A stretch of DNA of 64,000 nt from Planctomycetota bacterium (lineage in GTDB: Bacteria; Planctomycetota; UBA1135; UBA2386), in the NCBI GenBank assembly GCA_965223545.1, contig OZ245006.1, positions 7,200,001 to 7,264,000 of the forward strand, written 5' to 3'. Positions 49,142-61,253 of the stretch are shown here, piece by piece. Each line of letters begins with the position of its first letter. Positions within the stretch are counted from its first letter, which is position 1. Position numbers and translations under genes: made by a program. The notes beneath the pieces were generated by a model. That model was not told the DNA's origin. It did no database searches and saw nothing but the letters and a program-made list of their open reading frames with translations.

Positions 49142-51643
49142 TCACGGCGGCCCGTCGGGCGCCATCGGCGAGCTGGCGCCGGTGCCGGAAGCCGGAGCCG
49201 GCGCCGCCGCCGCCGTGAGCACTCGGTTGGCGCGCTCGTGCCACTTCGCCGGGCCGTCGGCGCCGAGCAGGAGCTGGCCACGTTGCAGCCAGGCACGGGC
49301 GTCGTCCGCCCCGGCGTGCCAGAGAGCCAGGCCGTAGAGAATGCGGTAGATGCCGCGGCCGGGATCGCCGGCCGGAAACAGCTGATCGGCGGCGCGGGCG
49401 CCGGCTTCGGCGAGCTCGGCGGTCTCGGCGTGCTCTCCGCGCAGGTAGAGCGCCTCGGCCAAGGCGTGCTCGGCGATCCGCGTGCGGCGGTGCTCCTCGC
49501 CGTGAATCTGGCGCACGCCCGCCAACGCCCTTCGCAGCATCGGCTCCGCCTCGGCGGGGCGCTGCCGCCGGATGGCAACCATGCCGGCGGAGTGCAGCAG
49601 ATTGAAGACGATGATGTCGTCCGCAGGCAGGGAGCGCTCGGCGCGGGCGAGGGCTTCGTCGAGCAGCGCGGTGGCGGTGTCGAGCGCGCCCGCCGAGCGG
49701 TGGGCCAAGCCGAGGTTGTTGAGCGACACCAGGATGCTGCGGTGGTCCGGCGGCAGCCGCTCGCGCTTGGCGGCGAGCACGCGGGCGAGCAGATCGGTCG
49801 CGCGGTCGTGGTCGCCGGCGCGCTGGTAGGCCAGCGCCAGGTTGTTCATCGCCTTCCAGGTCTGCACGCTGTCCGCGCCGTTCTCGCGCAGCTGTTGCTG
49901 GTAGATGTCGCGGTAGCGCGGCAGGGTCTCGCGCTGCAGACCGAGCCGGTCGAGGACGGTGGCGAGGTTGCTCGACGCGCTCAGCGTGAGCGCGTGATCG
50001 GCCCCCAACGCCGTGGTGCGTGCCGCGACGACATGGCGCAGCAGTTGTTCCGCCTCCGCCAGCCGGTCTTGGCTGCGCAGCGCGACCGCGGCGTTGCACT
50101 CGGCGCTCAGCGTGTCGGCGTGCTCCGCGCCGAGCAGCCGGGCCCGCGCCGCGGCGGTCGGCACCAGCAAGTCGACGGCCTCCGCGCTGCGCCCGGTCTC
50201 GACGCACAGCACTCCCATCGAGTTGGCCGCCTCGAGCGTTTCGAGGTGTTCGGCGCCGAGGACATCGCGGCGCAGCCGCAGAGCGCGGCGCAGGTGTGGA
50301 TCGGCGGCGGCGAACTCGCCGAGCCAGTAGTAGGCGGTGCCGAACGTGTGGCGCAGGGTGGCCTCGACCTCCGCCGGCAGCTGCCGGGTGGCGACGTCGT
50401 CGGCGGCGGCGGCCAACACCTCGCACAGCAGCGTGCGGTCGCGATCGCGGGCGACGTCGGGGTCGACGTGCGAGAACAGCGACTGCAGCAGGCCGGCGAT
50501 CGCTTCGTACTTGCCGAGCTCGGTGTGCGCGCGGCGGGCCTGCGCGGTGGCGTAGACGGCGGCCGCCAGCAGAACCAGCGCGATCGCCGCTGCAGCGGCC
50601 AACGCGGTCCGGTAGCGCCGGCCGAGCTTGCCGAGCCGGTAGGTCCACGACGGCGGGCCGGCCAGGACCGGGTCGCCGGCCAAGTGGAGACGGAGGTCGG
50701 TCGCCAGCATCGCCACCGAGCCGTAGCGCCGCTCGCGGTCCTTCTCCAGGCAGCGCATCGTGATCCAGTCGAGGTCGCCACGCAGCGCTCGAGCCCGGCG
50801 CACGCAACGCGCATCGCCGGTGGCGTGCGCGGAGAGCGCCGTGCTGGGCCGCACGGGATCGTCTTCGCGGATGCGGCGTTGTAGCTCGATCAAGCCGGCG
50901 GTGCCGCCGGTCGGCTCCTCGAACGGACGTTGGCCGCACAACAGCTCGTAGAGCAGCACGCCCAGCGCGTACACGTCGGTGCGCGTGTCGATGTCGAGCT
51001 CGGCGCCGATCTGCTCGGGGCTCATGTAGGCTGGGGTCCCGAGCAGGGCGCCGCACTGCGTGTGCAACGAGCGGTCGTCGAGGCGGGCGTCGATCGCCTT
51101 GGCGATGCCGAAGTCGATGACCTTGACCACCGGCCGCCCGTCGACGTCGGCGACCAGCACGTTGGAGGGCTTGAGGTCGCGGTGGACGACGCCCTTCTGG
51201 TGCGCGTGCTGGACCGCCTGGCACACGTCCAAGAACAGCGCGATGCGCGCGGTGACGTCGGCGCCCGTCGCGTCGGCGTACTCGAGCAGGGTGGCGCCGC
51301 CGATCAGCTCGAGCGCGAACCACGGCCGCCCGTCGTCGGTCGCGCCCGCGTCGAACACCTGGGCGATGTTGGGGTGGTCCATCAGCGCGAGCGCCTGCCG
51401 CTCGGCGTGGAACCGCCGCACCACCTCGGGCCGGCCGAGACCGCGCTTGAGCACCTTGATCGCCACGCGCCGGCGCAGCGGCCGCTCCTGCCGCGCGCGC
51501 CAAACCTCACCGAAGCCGCCCTCGCCGATGCGCTCCTCGAGCCAGAACGGCCCGACCGCGACCCCGGCGCGCAGCGCGTCGATCGGCAGCTCGTCGCCTT
51601 CGGGGCCTCGGAACTCCTGAGTGCTGTCGGTCGCGGGTCGCAT
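49142..51643 (-). CDS. Membrane Ser/Thr protein kinase with C-terminal TPR repeats
   Basis: Motifs GEGGFG, VAIK, HRDLKPSN, DFG and YMSPEQ; a transmembrane helix; then HxxTL...NNLA TPRs. Confidence 0.93.
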   Translation of the reverse strand: MRPATDSTQEFRGPEGDELPIDALRAGVAVGPFWLEERIGEGGFGEVWRARQERPLRRRVAIKVLKRGLGRPEVVRRFHAERQALALMDHPNIAQVFDAGATDDGRPWFALELIGGATLLEYADATGADVTARIALFLDVCQAVQHAHQKGVVHRDLKPSNVLVADVDGRPVVKVIDFGIAKAIDARLDDRSLHTQCGALLGTPAYMSPEQIGAELDIDTRTDVYALGVLLYELLCGQRPFEEPTGGTAGLIELQRRIREDDPVRPSTALSAHATGDARCVRRARALRGDLDWITMRCLEKDRERRYGSVAMLATDLRLHLAGDPVLAGPPSWTYRLGKLGRRYRTALAAAAAIALVLLAAAVYATAQARRAHTELGKYEAIAGLLQSLFSHVDPDVARDRDRTLLCEVLAAAADDVATRQLPAEVEATLRHTFGTAYYWLGEFAAADPHLRRALRLRRDVLGAEHLETLEAANSMGVLCVETGRSAEAVDLLVPTAAARARLLGAEHADTLSAECNAAVALRSQDRLAEAEQLLRHVVAARTTALGADHALTLSASSNLATVLDRLGLQRETLPRYRDIYQQQLRENGADSVQTWKAMNNLALAYQRAGDHDRATDLLARVLAAKRERLPPDHRSILVSLNNLGLAHRSAGALDTATALLDEALARAERSLPADDIIVFNLLHSAGMVAIRRQRPAEAEPMLRRALAGVRQIHGEEHRRTRIAEHALAEALYLRGEHAETAELAEAGARAADQLFPAGDPGRGIYRILYGLALWHAGADDARAWLQRGQLLLGADGPAKWHERANRVLTAAAAPAPASGTGASSPMAPDGPP

Positions 51644-51681
51644 CCGCACCCTCAAGCGCGGACCACCCCCCTCACCGGCCA

Positions 51682-51720
51682 GAACGTACGGTGTCAGACT
51701 CGATTTTCTCGCTTCGCGCG
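51682..51720 (+). repeat. Dispersed REP-like repeat, copy B
   Basis: GAACGTACGGTGTCAGACTCGATTTTCTCGCTTCGCGCG, intergenic. Confidence 0.8.
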
Positions 51721-51728
51721 GCCCAGCG

Positions 51729-53147
51729 CTAACGCGCCCGTCGCCGCACCGAGCCCAACACGGCGGCGAATGGCTCGAGCAGCGCCTCGTCGCGCACCTC
51801 GGCGTCGACCAGCACCCACAAGTCGTCATAGAGCAGGGCCGCGCCCCGGTGGCCGCTACCTGCGTCCCCCGCGGCATAGCGCAGGACCGCGGTGGCCTCC
51901 CACGGGTTGGGATCGGGTTTCGGCTGCCATTGTGGCGCGGCGCGGAGCGGCTGGCCGAGCGCGCGCAGTCGCGCGGCGAGCGAGGCCTCGATCGCCGCCC
52001 GCTCTCCGTCGAGCGTCGCGGCGGTGCGGGAGTAGGCGGTGATTCCGATGGTGCCGGTATCGTCGGGGCACACGTAGCTCACGTGGCAAAGGCCGACGTC
52101 GGCGGCGCCGTAGGCGTGGAACTCGGCCGGGCCGCGGCAGTGCAGGCCGTAGCGCTCGTTGTGATAGGCGCCCTGCCCGCGGACCGCGCCGCCACTGTGC
52201 GCCGCGGCGGCGCGCCGGCCGACTTCGTCCGCTGGAATCTCGGGATCGAGCAGCCGGAAGCTGGCCAGCCACAGCTGGATCTCGGTGGCGCGGCGCCGGT
52301 GGGCGTCGGGGTCACCGTCGACCGTCAGTAGGTAGGCGATCTCCGCCGACGGCGCCGCGCGTTTCCCCGCGGGGTGGGTGATGCAGTAGAGCGTGGTGCG
52401 CTGGCTGGTCCGATCCAGCTGGGCGCTGGCGCCGCGCGCGCCGCCGACCGCCGCGAGCGCCGCGGGCAGCGGCCATGGACGCGGGGGTTGCGCCGGCGTC
52501 TCGTCGTGCAAAAGCTGTTGCAAGAGGGACTGCGCGTCGAGGCTGCCGGGGTTGCGGGCGACGGTGATGCTCAGCCGCAGGTCGTCGTCGAGCGGATAGA
52601 AGGACACCATCTCGGTGCAACCGCTGATCGCGCGCGGGCTGGGCACGACCAGCCAGTCCGAAGTCGGTGACCCGATGGTGTAGTTGCAGGCCGGGCAGCG
52701 GAACGCGCCGGTGAAGCCGTTGGTGATGCCGTCGCGCATCGCCGCATCGACGTCGACGTGCAGCAGCGCCAGCGGAGTGCCCGCGTCGGTGCGGAAGGCG
52801 AGATAGCTGTGCTCACAATGGTCGGCGTCGCCGGTGTCGACCACGGTCTCGGCGAGCGCCACCCCGATCCCGCGGCTTTGGCGGAACTCCTGCACGCTCG
52901 ACACCGCGGCCAGCCGCGCGCCCTGCTCGAGGAGGTGGCGCATGCGAGCATCGCGCGAGCCACCGAACCCGGCGCCGCCGCGTTGCGCGAACAGCGCGTC
53001 GTAGGCGTTGGTCGAGCCCTGCGCCACCGCGGTGTCGAGCGCCGACAGCAGCTCGCCAGCGAGCTCGGCGGTCGGCGTTCGCGCCCCACAACCGAGGAGG
53101 GTGAACAGCGCCGCGCCGGCGACGAGCGTCTCGCACCGCCGACTCAC
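51729..53147 (-). CDS. Hypothetical lipoprotein
   Basis: LLGC lipobox, internal CPAC motif, GTGA overlap with the upstream gene. Confidence 0.7.
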   Translation of the reverse strand: MSRRCETLVAGAALFTLLGCGARTPTAELAGELLSALDTAVAQGSTNAYDALFAQRGGAGFGGSRDARMRHLLEQGARLAAVSSVQEFRQSRGIGVALAETVVDTGDADHCEHSYLAFRTDAGTPLALLHVDVDAAMRDGITNGFTGAFRCPACNYTIGSPTSDWLVVPSPRAISGCTEMVSFYPLDDDLRLSITVARNPGSLDAQSLLQQLLHDETPAQPPRPWPLPAALAAVGGARGASAQLDRTSQRTTLYCITHPAGKRAAPSAEIAYLLTVDGDPDAHRRRATEIQLWLASFRLLDPEIPADEVGRRAAAAHSGGAVRGQGAYHNERYGLHCRGPAEFHAYGAADVGLCHVSYVCPDDTGTIGITAYSRTAATLDGERAAIEASLAARLRALGQPLRAAPQWQPKPDPNPWEATAVLRYAAGDAGSGHRGAALLYDDLWVLVDAEVRDEALLEPFAAVLGSVRRRAR

Positions 53148-53719
53148 TGCCGCTCTCCGCGCGTCGCCAGGGCCAGCATTGGATCGGGGGACGGCAGCCG
53201 CAGCTGCGGCCGCAGCCGGGTCATCGCCGTGCCCCATCGGTCCGGCGAGAACGCGCCGGTCGCCTGGACCAGCTCGCCCTGCAGCGCGGGGGTGCGCGGC
53301 GCGCCGCCGGTGGACGCGCTCCACCACCAGCCCAGGCCGACGCAGACCACCGCCGCCGCCGCGGCCGCGGTCCACGAGCGAAGCGCGCGCGCGCGCCGCG
53401 GCGCCGGTGCCGGCGCGATCGCGCGCAGCACGCGTTCGACGAAGTCACCGGTCGGTTCCGGGGCGTGATAGCGGCGCATCAGCCGCTGCCACGACGGCGA
53501 CTGTTCGCGCAGCAGGCGCTGGTAGGTCCGCTCGACGAAGTCGGGCGACACCTCGGGCACCCGGTGGGCCGCGAGCAACTCTTGCAACGCCGCCGGCGTG
53601 CCGGCGCGCTGCGCGTCCACCGCGGCCAGCGTGCGCTCGACGAAGTCGGCGGACACCGGCGGCGCCGGCTGTTGCAGCCACTCCGCCTCGCTGGGGAAGT
53701 CGGGTCGGTCGTGTTCCAT
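53144..53719 (-). CDS. Putative anti-sigma factor
   Basis: Directly downstream of an ECF sigma; three PxVSxDFVER-like repeats followed by one transmembrane helix. Confidence 0.65.
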   Translation of the reverse strand: MEHDRPDFPSEAEWLQQPAPPVSADFVERTLAAVDAQRAGTPAALQELLAAHRVPEVSPDFVERTYQRLLREQSPSWQRLMRRYHAPEPTGDFVERVLRAIAPAPAPRRARALRSWTAAAAAAVVCVGLGWWWSASTGGAPRTPALQGELVQATGAFSPDRWGTAMTRLRPQLRLPSPDPMLALATRGERQ

Positions 53720-53720
53720 G

Positions 53721-54305
53721 TCAGCTGCCGGTCTGCAGGTAGGGGGCCAGGCGGTCGCGCAGCGCCTCTTTGGCGCGGTGCAGCCGCGACTTGACGGTGC
53801 CCTCCGAGACCCCGGTCACCGAGGCGATCGCCGCGTAGTCGAGGCCCTCGTACTCACGCAGGACGAACGCCATCCGCTGGTCCTCGCCCAGCATCATCAG
53901 CGCCCGCTCGATGTGGCGGCCGAGCTCGCTGTCCTCGACCCGCTTGAGCGGCGCCGCGCTGACTTCGTCGGGCACCTCGCGCGGCGACTGCTCGTCGCCT
54001 TGGGCGCTGAGGGAGGTCGTGCGCAGGCGCCGCTTCTTGAGCACGTCGAAGCAGTGGTTGCGCACGAACGTGTAGACCCAGGTGGTGAACTTGACGCCGC
54101 GCGCCGGTTCGAAGGCGTCGATCGAGCGGAACACCTTCATGAAGATGTCTTGCGCGATGTCCTCGACGTCGGCGCGGAACCGCGAGCCCAAGAACCGGTA
54201 GATGGTCGCCAAGATCGGCCGGTGCAGCTCCTCGATGATCGTGCGGCAGGCGTCCTGGTCGCCCGCTTGGGCGCGGACGACGATGTCGTTGGCGAGCTCG
54301 GTCAA
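53721..54305 (-). CDS. ECF RNA polymerase sigma factor
   Basis: Motifs EDIAQDIFMKV, FTTWVY, LREYEGLDY and GTVKSRLHRAK. Confidence 0.93.
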   Translation of the reverse strand: MTELANDIVVRAQAGDQDACRTIIEELHRPILATIYRFLGSRFRADVEDIAQDIFMKVFRSIDAFEPARGVKFTTWVYTFVRNHCFDVLKKRRLRTTSLSAQGDEQSPREVPDEVSAAPLKRVEDSELGRHIERALMMLGEDQRMAFVLREYEGLDYAAIASVTGVSEGTVKSRLHRAKEALRDRLAPYLQTGS

Positions 54306-54424
54306 GGGCGGTCTCCGCTCTGATCGTGGCCTGATTCGATTGCGCGGGGCCTGAGGTTCCGCGATGTTGGATTATGGTACGGGCGGCGCCGGCGCAAGCG
54401 CGGCCCCCCGGTGTCCACCGCCCG

Positions 54425-56970
54425 ATGGCTTCGACCGAATCCCGCCTCCCGCTCCCGGTCTGTGGCACCGCCCGCCAGCAGCTGGTCGCGGTGGCGCTGG
54501 CCGGCCTCTGCGCCGTGCTGTTTCTCGGCGACGCCTTGCTGCCGGGACGCGCCCTGGTGCCCTATCCCCCCGAGGCCAACCAGCCGCTGTTCGCCCAGGC
54601 GCTGGCCGACGGTGCGGATCTGGCCGAGATCCTGCGCGGCAACGCCGCCATGGGCGACAAGTACAACCAGTCCCTCTTCTGGGACTGGCAGATCCAGGCG
54701 GCGCTCGAGGAGGGGCGGCTGCCGCTGTGGACCCGCGCGCTGGGGGGCGGCGTGCCCTACGTGCCGCAGATGGGACTGGCCTATCAGCCGTGGAACCTGT
54801 TGCTGTGGCTCGGGGTTCCGTCGGTCGAGGTCTACGGCTACTGGTACTTGGGGCACCTGCTGCTGATCGGCTGGTTCGCCTACCGCTTTCTGCGCCGGGT
54901 CGGCGCCGGGCATGACGCCGCGCTGCTCGGCGTCGTCTGTGCGACGCTCGGTCTGTGGTCGCAGGCGCGGCTCCACCACAACGTCATCCTCGCCGCCGCG
55001 GTGCCGGCGTTCTGGATGCTGTCGGCCCTGCATGCGCTGTGGCGCGGTGGTGGCGGTGCCCGCGCCGCCGGTGGCCTGGCGCTGGCGACCGGCTGGTCGT
55101 GGCTCGGCGGGATGCCGCAGATCAGTCTGCTGTTGACCTATCTCGCCGCTGGGTGGGCGGCGGCGCTCTGGTGGCGCTCGGCGCCGGGGCAGCGGCTGCG
55201 GCCGGCGCTGTGGACGGCGTTCGCGTTCGGCATCGGCGCCGCCATCGGTGCGCTGCAGATGGGGCCGGTGCTGCTGGCGGCGCGTGACTCGGCGCGGACG
55301 CCGTCCGACGAGGCGCTGCTCGCCAGCGTCGCGTTGCCGTGGTCGCACCTGCTGTCGGCGGTGTGGCCGGATCTGCTTGCCTGGCCGCGCGACCACTTCT
55401 ACGGCGACATCGACACCACGCGGGCGTCGTGGGCGGCGCTCGTCCTGCTCGACATCGACCAGGTGCAGCTCGGCCTCGACAAGTACCCCGAGTCGGCGTT
55501 CGCGGTCGGCACCCTGCCGCTGGCGCTGGCGTGGGTGGGCCTGCGCGGGCGGGTGGGCGCGTTCTTCGGCGTTGTTGCGCTCGGCGCGCTGCTGTTGGTC
55601 ACCGCGACGCCGCCGGTGTTGCAGGTCAGTGGCTGGCTGCCCGGGTTGCGCGTCGGCGATCTGCGCCGGGGTTTGGTGCTGGTGTGGCTCGCGCTCGGCG
55701 TGCTCGGTGCGCTCGGCCTGGACCGGGCGGCCCGCGACGGGCGACCGCGGTTGGCGGTTGCGTGGTGCGCCGGGGTCGCGCTGCTCAGCGCGTATTGGTG
55801 GTGGCGGCACCAGGCGCCCGCGGCGCAGCTGGAGCTCGAGTGGTTGTCGCGGATCGCGGACGCCTGGGGGTTGCCAGCAGAAGAGCGCGACGCCGGCATC
55901 GCGCGGGCGCGGGCCGTGCACTTGGGCGGCGGACAGACGGAGGCCAACCTCGTGCGGCTGCGCGAGACGTTCGGCCGCACGGCGTTGGTCGCCGCTGCCG
56001 GCGCCGGGTTGCTGTGGTGCAGCCGTCGTCGCTGGGCGCGGGGGGCGCTGGTGCTGCTCACTGCGATCGAGCTGGTCGTGGTCGGCCGCGGCCCCGCCGT
56101 GGTCGTCGAGAGCCAGCGCGTCACCACACCGCCGCGCGTGCTGGCACCGGTGCTGGCGGCGACGCGCGCCGCCGAGGGGCCGCGGCCCCGGTTCCAGCGC
56201 CTGCTGCCAGCGGACGCGCCGCGGCCGACCCTGCTCTTGCGGCCGAACCTCGGCGCGTTCTACGGGCTGGAAGACCTGTCGTCGTATCACCCACTGCCGC
56301 CACGCCGGCAGGAGGAGCTGTGCGACGCGATCGCACCAGGCGTGGCAATGGGAGGCGTCGGCGTCGAGGCGTTGCGCGACGCCGGCCGTCTCGAGCACCC
56401 GATGTTCGACGTTCTGGGGTTGCAGTGGGTGTTGAGCGCGGTGCCCGTCGAGTCGCCGGCTTGGCGTGACCGCACTCCGGCGGACGCGGCGGGACCGTTC
56501 CGGTTGTACGAGCGGGCGCGGCCGGCTGCGCCCCGCGCGGTGTTCCTTACTGACGTGGTGATCGAGCCCGATCGCGAGCGGCGGTTGGCGTTGCTGGCGG
56601 ACCCGCGGCGCGACGCGCGGCGCCAGATCGTGCTCGAGGATCCCACCCTGTCGGTGCCGCCGGCGGGGGAGGCTGTGGCCACGGTCGAAGTCGTCGCCCA
56701 CGAAGACGAGCGCGTGCGCATCGACGTGCGCACTGACCGCGCCGGCTACCTGCGCCTGGCCGACCCCTGGGACCCGGGCTGGCGCGCCACGGTGAACGGC
56801 GCCGCGGCGCCGGTGGTGATCGCCGATCACTACCTCCGCGCGGTGTGGCTGCCGGCCGGCGCGCACCGCGTCGAGTTCACCTACGACGGGCCGACCGTGG
56901 TCCTTCCGCGCCGCATCGGCGGTCTCGGCCTGCTGGTCGCGGTCGCGCTGTGGCTCGCGGGCCGCCGGCG

Positions 56971-56980
<10 letters not shown>
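54425..56980 (+). CDS. YfhO-like polytopic membrane protein (GT-C fold glycosyltransferase-like)
   Basis: GRLPLW...GGGVP, many transmembrane helices, and C-terminal LADPWDPGWRATVNG...AVWLPAGAHRVEFTY. Confidence 0.82.
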
Positions 56981-58407
<1,427 letters not shown>

Positions 58408-58416
58408 CCCGTGAAC

Positions 58417-58857
58417 AGTACGGTGTCGCACTCGATTTTCTCGCTTCGCACCGATTGCCCTTCCGCTCCGCGCTCAATCCAAGAGGTAGAGCCCCAAGCG
58501 CCACACGTCTGTGCTCAGCAGCGCGACCATCACGACCGCGCTGGCGATCGGCATGAGGGCGGTGGCAACACGTGTCCCGAGCCCGCGGCACGCGAGGACC
58601 GCCAAAGCCCAAGCGCCACCGAGCGCCATGGCGATCGCCGGACACACCCCGCGCGCCCACGACGGCAGCGCGGTTCCGGCCGCCACCGCATCCCCCTGCG
58701 ATGCGATCGACTCGAGGCCGACGTGTGCGTGCTTGACCGTCGCCCCCGCGAGCCACCAGGCCGTCGGCCACCACAGGACGACACCGATGGCGAATGCGAG
58801 GAGTGCGAGGTAGAGGCGTTCGGAGCGAAGCGAGAAAATCGAGTGCGACACCGTACT
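58417..58857. mobile_element. Inverted pair of REP-like repeats (copies C and D) enclosing a small ORF; possible non-autonomous element
   Basis: Identical 33-bp AGTACGGTGTCGCACTCGATTTTCTCGCTTCGC at 58417-58449 and inverted at 58825-58857. Confidence 0.6.
58474..58851 (-). CDS. Small membrane hypothetical protein
   Basis: 125-aa ORF with about three hydrophobic helices; the GTG start lies inside repeat copy D. Confidence 0.5.
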   Translation of the reverse strand: MSHSIFSLRSERLYLALLAFAIGVVLWWPTAWWLAGATVKHAHVGLESIASQGDAVAAGTALPSWARGVCPAIAMALGGAWALAVLACRGLGTRVATALMPIASAVVMVALLSTDVWRLGLYLLD

Positions 58858-58861
58858 TTCG

Positions 58862-60088
58862 CTAGAGGAGGCGCTCGACGAGGGACTCGAAGCGGGCCTT
58901 GAGGCGGGCGTGCACCGCGCCCGTGGCGGGGCCGGAGAAGCCGGTGTGGACCGCGATCGGGTCGCCGTCGCCGTCGAGGAACACGGTCGTCGGGTAGGCG
59001 CGGACGGCGTCGAGCAGCGGGAATGCCTCGCTGGCGCGGGTCTTGTTCGCCGGCCCGGCGTGCAGGACGACGAACGGCAGGTCGTGGTGGCTCCGGTAGT
59101 CGGCGATGCGGGCCCGCACCGCGGCCGGCTCGTCGTCGTGCTCGAACGCGAGGCCGATCACGCGCACGCCGCGCTCGGCGTAGGTGCGGTGCAGCGCGGC
59201 CATCACCGCGCCGGCGTCGTTGCAGTTGGGACACCACGTGCCGAACAGGTAGAGCACCGTGCCGCGCTCGCCGAGCAGATCGCCGAGCGCCACCTCGCCG
59301 CCGTCGACCGCGGTAAAGCGCAGCTCCTTCGCCGGCACCAGATCGGTGGCGTGGGTGAGCGCGAACGCGTCGGGCAGTGCCGCGTCCGGGTCGCGCTGCG
59401 CGTTCCACTCCTCGTGCCACTGGTCCGACGACCAGAAGTCGCCGGCCAAGCCGCCCTCGCGGTCCAGCTCGGCGTGGAACAAGAACGCGTGCGCGCCGTC
59501 GAAGCACGACAGGCGCAGGCGCGCACCCGACCAGTGTCCCGCCAGGTAGCGGTAGTCGCCGAGCGTGGTCTCGAAGGTGCCGCGCGCGTTGCCGTCGGGG
59601 CCGGCCGCCAGCGTCGCTGCCGCCGGATAGCGGTCCTTGGCGAATTGCACTCGCCACCGGCCGTCGATGCCGGCAGCGTCGGCCGGTGGGCGGGTCGAAT
59701 CCGCGAAGCGCGGCGCGTCGCCGCGGGTCGCGACGAACTCCATGCGGGTTGCCTCACCGGTGCCGCGTCGCTTGTGCCACTCGCCGCGCAGCCCCCCGTC
59801 CTCGCCCCGCTCCGCGGTGATCGTCGAATCGTAGGGCGGAAACCGCAGCCGCACCGTGTCGCCTTGCCACCCGACCTCGATCGCGATGCGTTCTTCGCCG
59901 TTGCGCACCGCGCCCGCGCCCGCCGTCCCCGGGGCGGGAAGCTCGAGCGTGAACGGCAGCGCGCCCCCGGGCGAGCGCAGGACTGCGCGGTAGATCCAGG
60001 GCGCATCGTCGCCGGCGCGCTCGGGTTGCGCGGCGGAGACCGAGCACAGCAGCAGAAGAACGGTGGTGGTCCGTGTTCGCACGGACAA
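58862..60088 (-). CDS. Secreted TlpA-like thiol-disulfide oxidoreductase with an N-terminal beta domain
   Basis: Signal peptide, FGTWCPNC, IGLAFE and AYPTTVFLD. Confidence 0.85.
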   Translation of the reverse strand: MSVRTRTTTVLLLLCSVSAAQPERAGDDAPWIYRAVLRSPGGALPFTLELPAPGTAGAGAVRNGEERIAIEVGWQGDTVRLRFPPYDSTITAERGEDGGLRGEWHKRRGTGEATRMEFVATRGDAPRFADSTRPPADAAGIDGRWRVQFAKDRYPAAATLAAGPDGNARGTFETTLGDYRYLAGHWSGARLRLSCFDGAHAFLFHAELDREGGLAGDFWSSDQWHEEWNAQRDPDAALPDAFALTHATDLVPAKELRFTAVDGGEVALGDLLGERGTVLYLFGTWCPNCNDAGAVMAALHRTYAERGVRVIGLAFEHDDEPAAVRARIADYRSHHDLPFVVLHAGPANKTRASEAFPLLDAVRAYPTTVFLDGDGDPIAVHTGFSGPATGAVHARLKARFESLVERLL

Positions 60089-60273
60089 AGGTTTTAGCGT
60101 CCCCGTCGCCGAGCGTGCGCTCGCATCGGCGTTGCGCTTGCTCTACCATCGCCCGCCGTTGCCGGTGCACCGCACGCACGGTCAGGCGAGTGGTGCCCGG
60201 CGCTCAGACGATCACACCATCCCCGAGACCTCGCCCGCTCGGGGTTCGGTTTCTCCGACCAGGGAGGGAATCC

Positions 60274-60984
60274 ATGGCAAAGAAGGGCAAGGATCTCTTC
60301 GAGCTTCTGCAAGCGCGGGCCAAGGGCGGCCTACCCGCCCCCAAGAAGGCGCCGCCGCCGCAGCTGCCGAGTGTCGTCGAACAGGTCGGTCAACGGCTCA
60401 AGGTCTGGTTCGGCGGTGGTGCCGCCGGAGCTGCCGAGGGCGGCAAGGCGCGGCGCGGGCGCGGCGCCAAGGCGGGCAGCCGGGCTGCCCCGGCCGCCGG
60501 GCTCAGCGGAGTCGGGCTCGCCGGCGTCGTGCTCACCGCCCTGGTGCTCGGCTTCGGCCTCGGCCGCTGGACCGCCGGCACCACGCCGCCGACCGAGGAG
60601 CTGCGCTCCAGCGCTCCGCAGCCCCGGACACCTCAGGGCTTCCCCGAGGCACCCCCCGGCCCCCTGTCGACGGCCGAGGAAACCGCCACCCTCTCGAACT
60701 TCTTCTACCCGGTGCTAGGCTACCGGCAAGCGGAGCAGGCCAGCAAGCTGGTCGGCCACCTCCGCCAGAACGGCTGCCCGACGGCGCGCTACCGCCACGT
60801 GGAGCGCAACGAGGGCAGCTTCTGGCTGGTGTTGGTCTACGTGCAGGCAGAAGACGCGGCGGCGGCCAACGAGGCGGCGCCACACTACCTGGAGCGGCTG
60901 CGCACCGTGCCCGTGCCCGATTTCGAGCCCAAGCTGACGACCGCGATCGAGAACACGACCCTGCGCCAGCTGCGGCAGTCTTGA
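60274..60984 (+). CDS. Single-pass membrane hypothetical protein
   Basis: GGAGG precedes the ATG; basic N-terminus and one transmembrane helix. Confidence 0.7.
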   Translation: MAKKGKDLFELLQARAKGGLPAPKKAPPPQLPSVVEQVGQRLKVWFGGGAAGAAEGGKARRGRGAKAGSRAAPAAGLSGVGLAGVVLTALVLGFGLGRWTAGTTPPTEELRSSAPQPRTPQGFPEAPPGPLSTAEETATLSNFFYPVLGYRQAEQASKLVGHLRQNGCPTARYRHVERNEGSFWLVLVYVQAEDAAAANEAAPHYLERLRTVPVPDFEPKLTTAIENTTLRQLRQS

Positions 60985-61005
60985 AGCTTTCTCCTAGAGT
61001 CCGTC

Positions 61006-61239
61006 ATGTCCATCCATCCGAGTTTGAAGATCTCCGGTGCGCTCAGCGGTGAGCGCAACGTCTGGACCCGTGCCGAGCGCATCGCCGCGCTGAAGAAGGT
61101 CGGCAAGTGGAAGGATGGCGACGCGGTCCACGGTCTGCCCAAGGTGCGCACGCGCTTTCGGGTGAAGAGCAAGAAGCAGCTCAAGGCCGAGGCAGCGGCG
61201 CAGGCCGACGACGAAGGCAAAGAGAAGTCGGATAGCTGA
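61006..61239 (+). CDS. PVC-superphylum small basic protein
   Basis: MSIHPSLK...RNVWTRAERI..LK...W......GLPKVR matches the pattern I recognise for this family. Confidence 0.85.
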   Translation: MSIHPSLKISGALSGERNVWTRAERIAALKKVGKWKDGDAVHGLPKVRTRFRVKSKKQLKAEAAAQADDEGKEKSDS

Positions 61240-61253
61240 GCGCGGCGCCGGCG

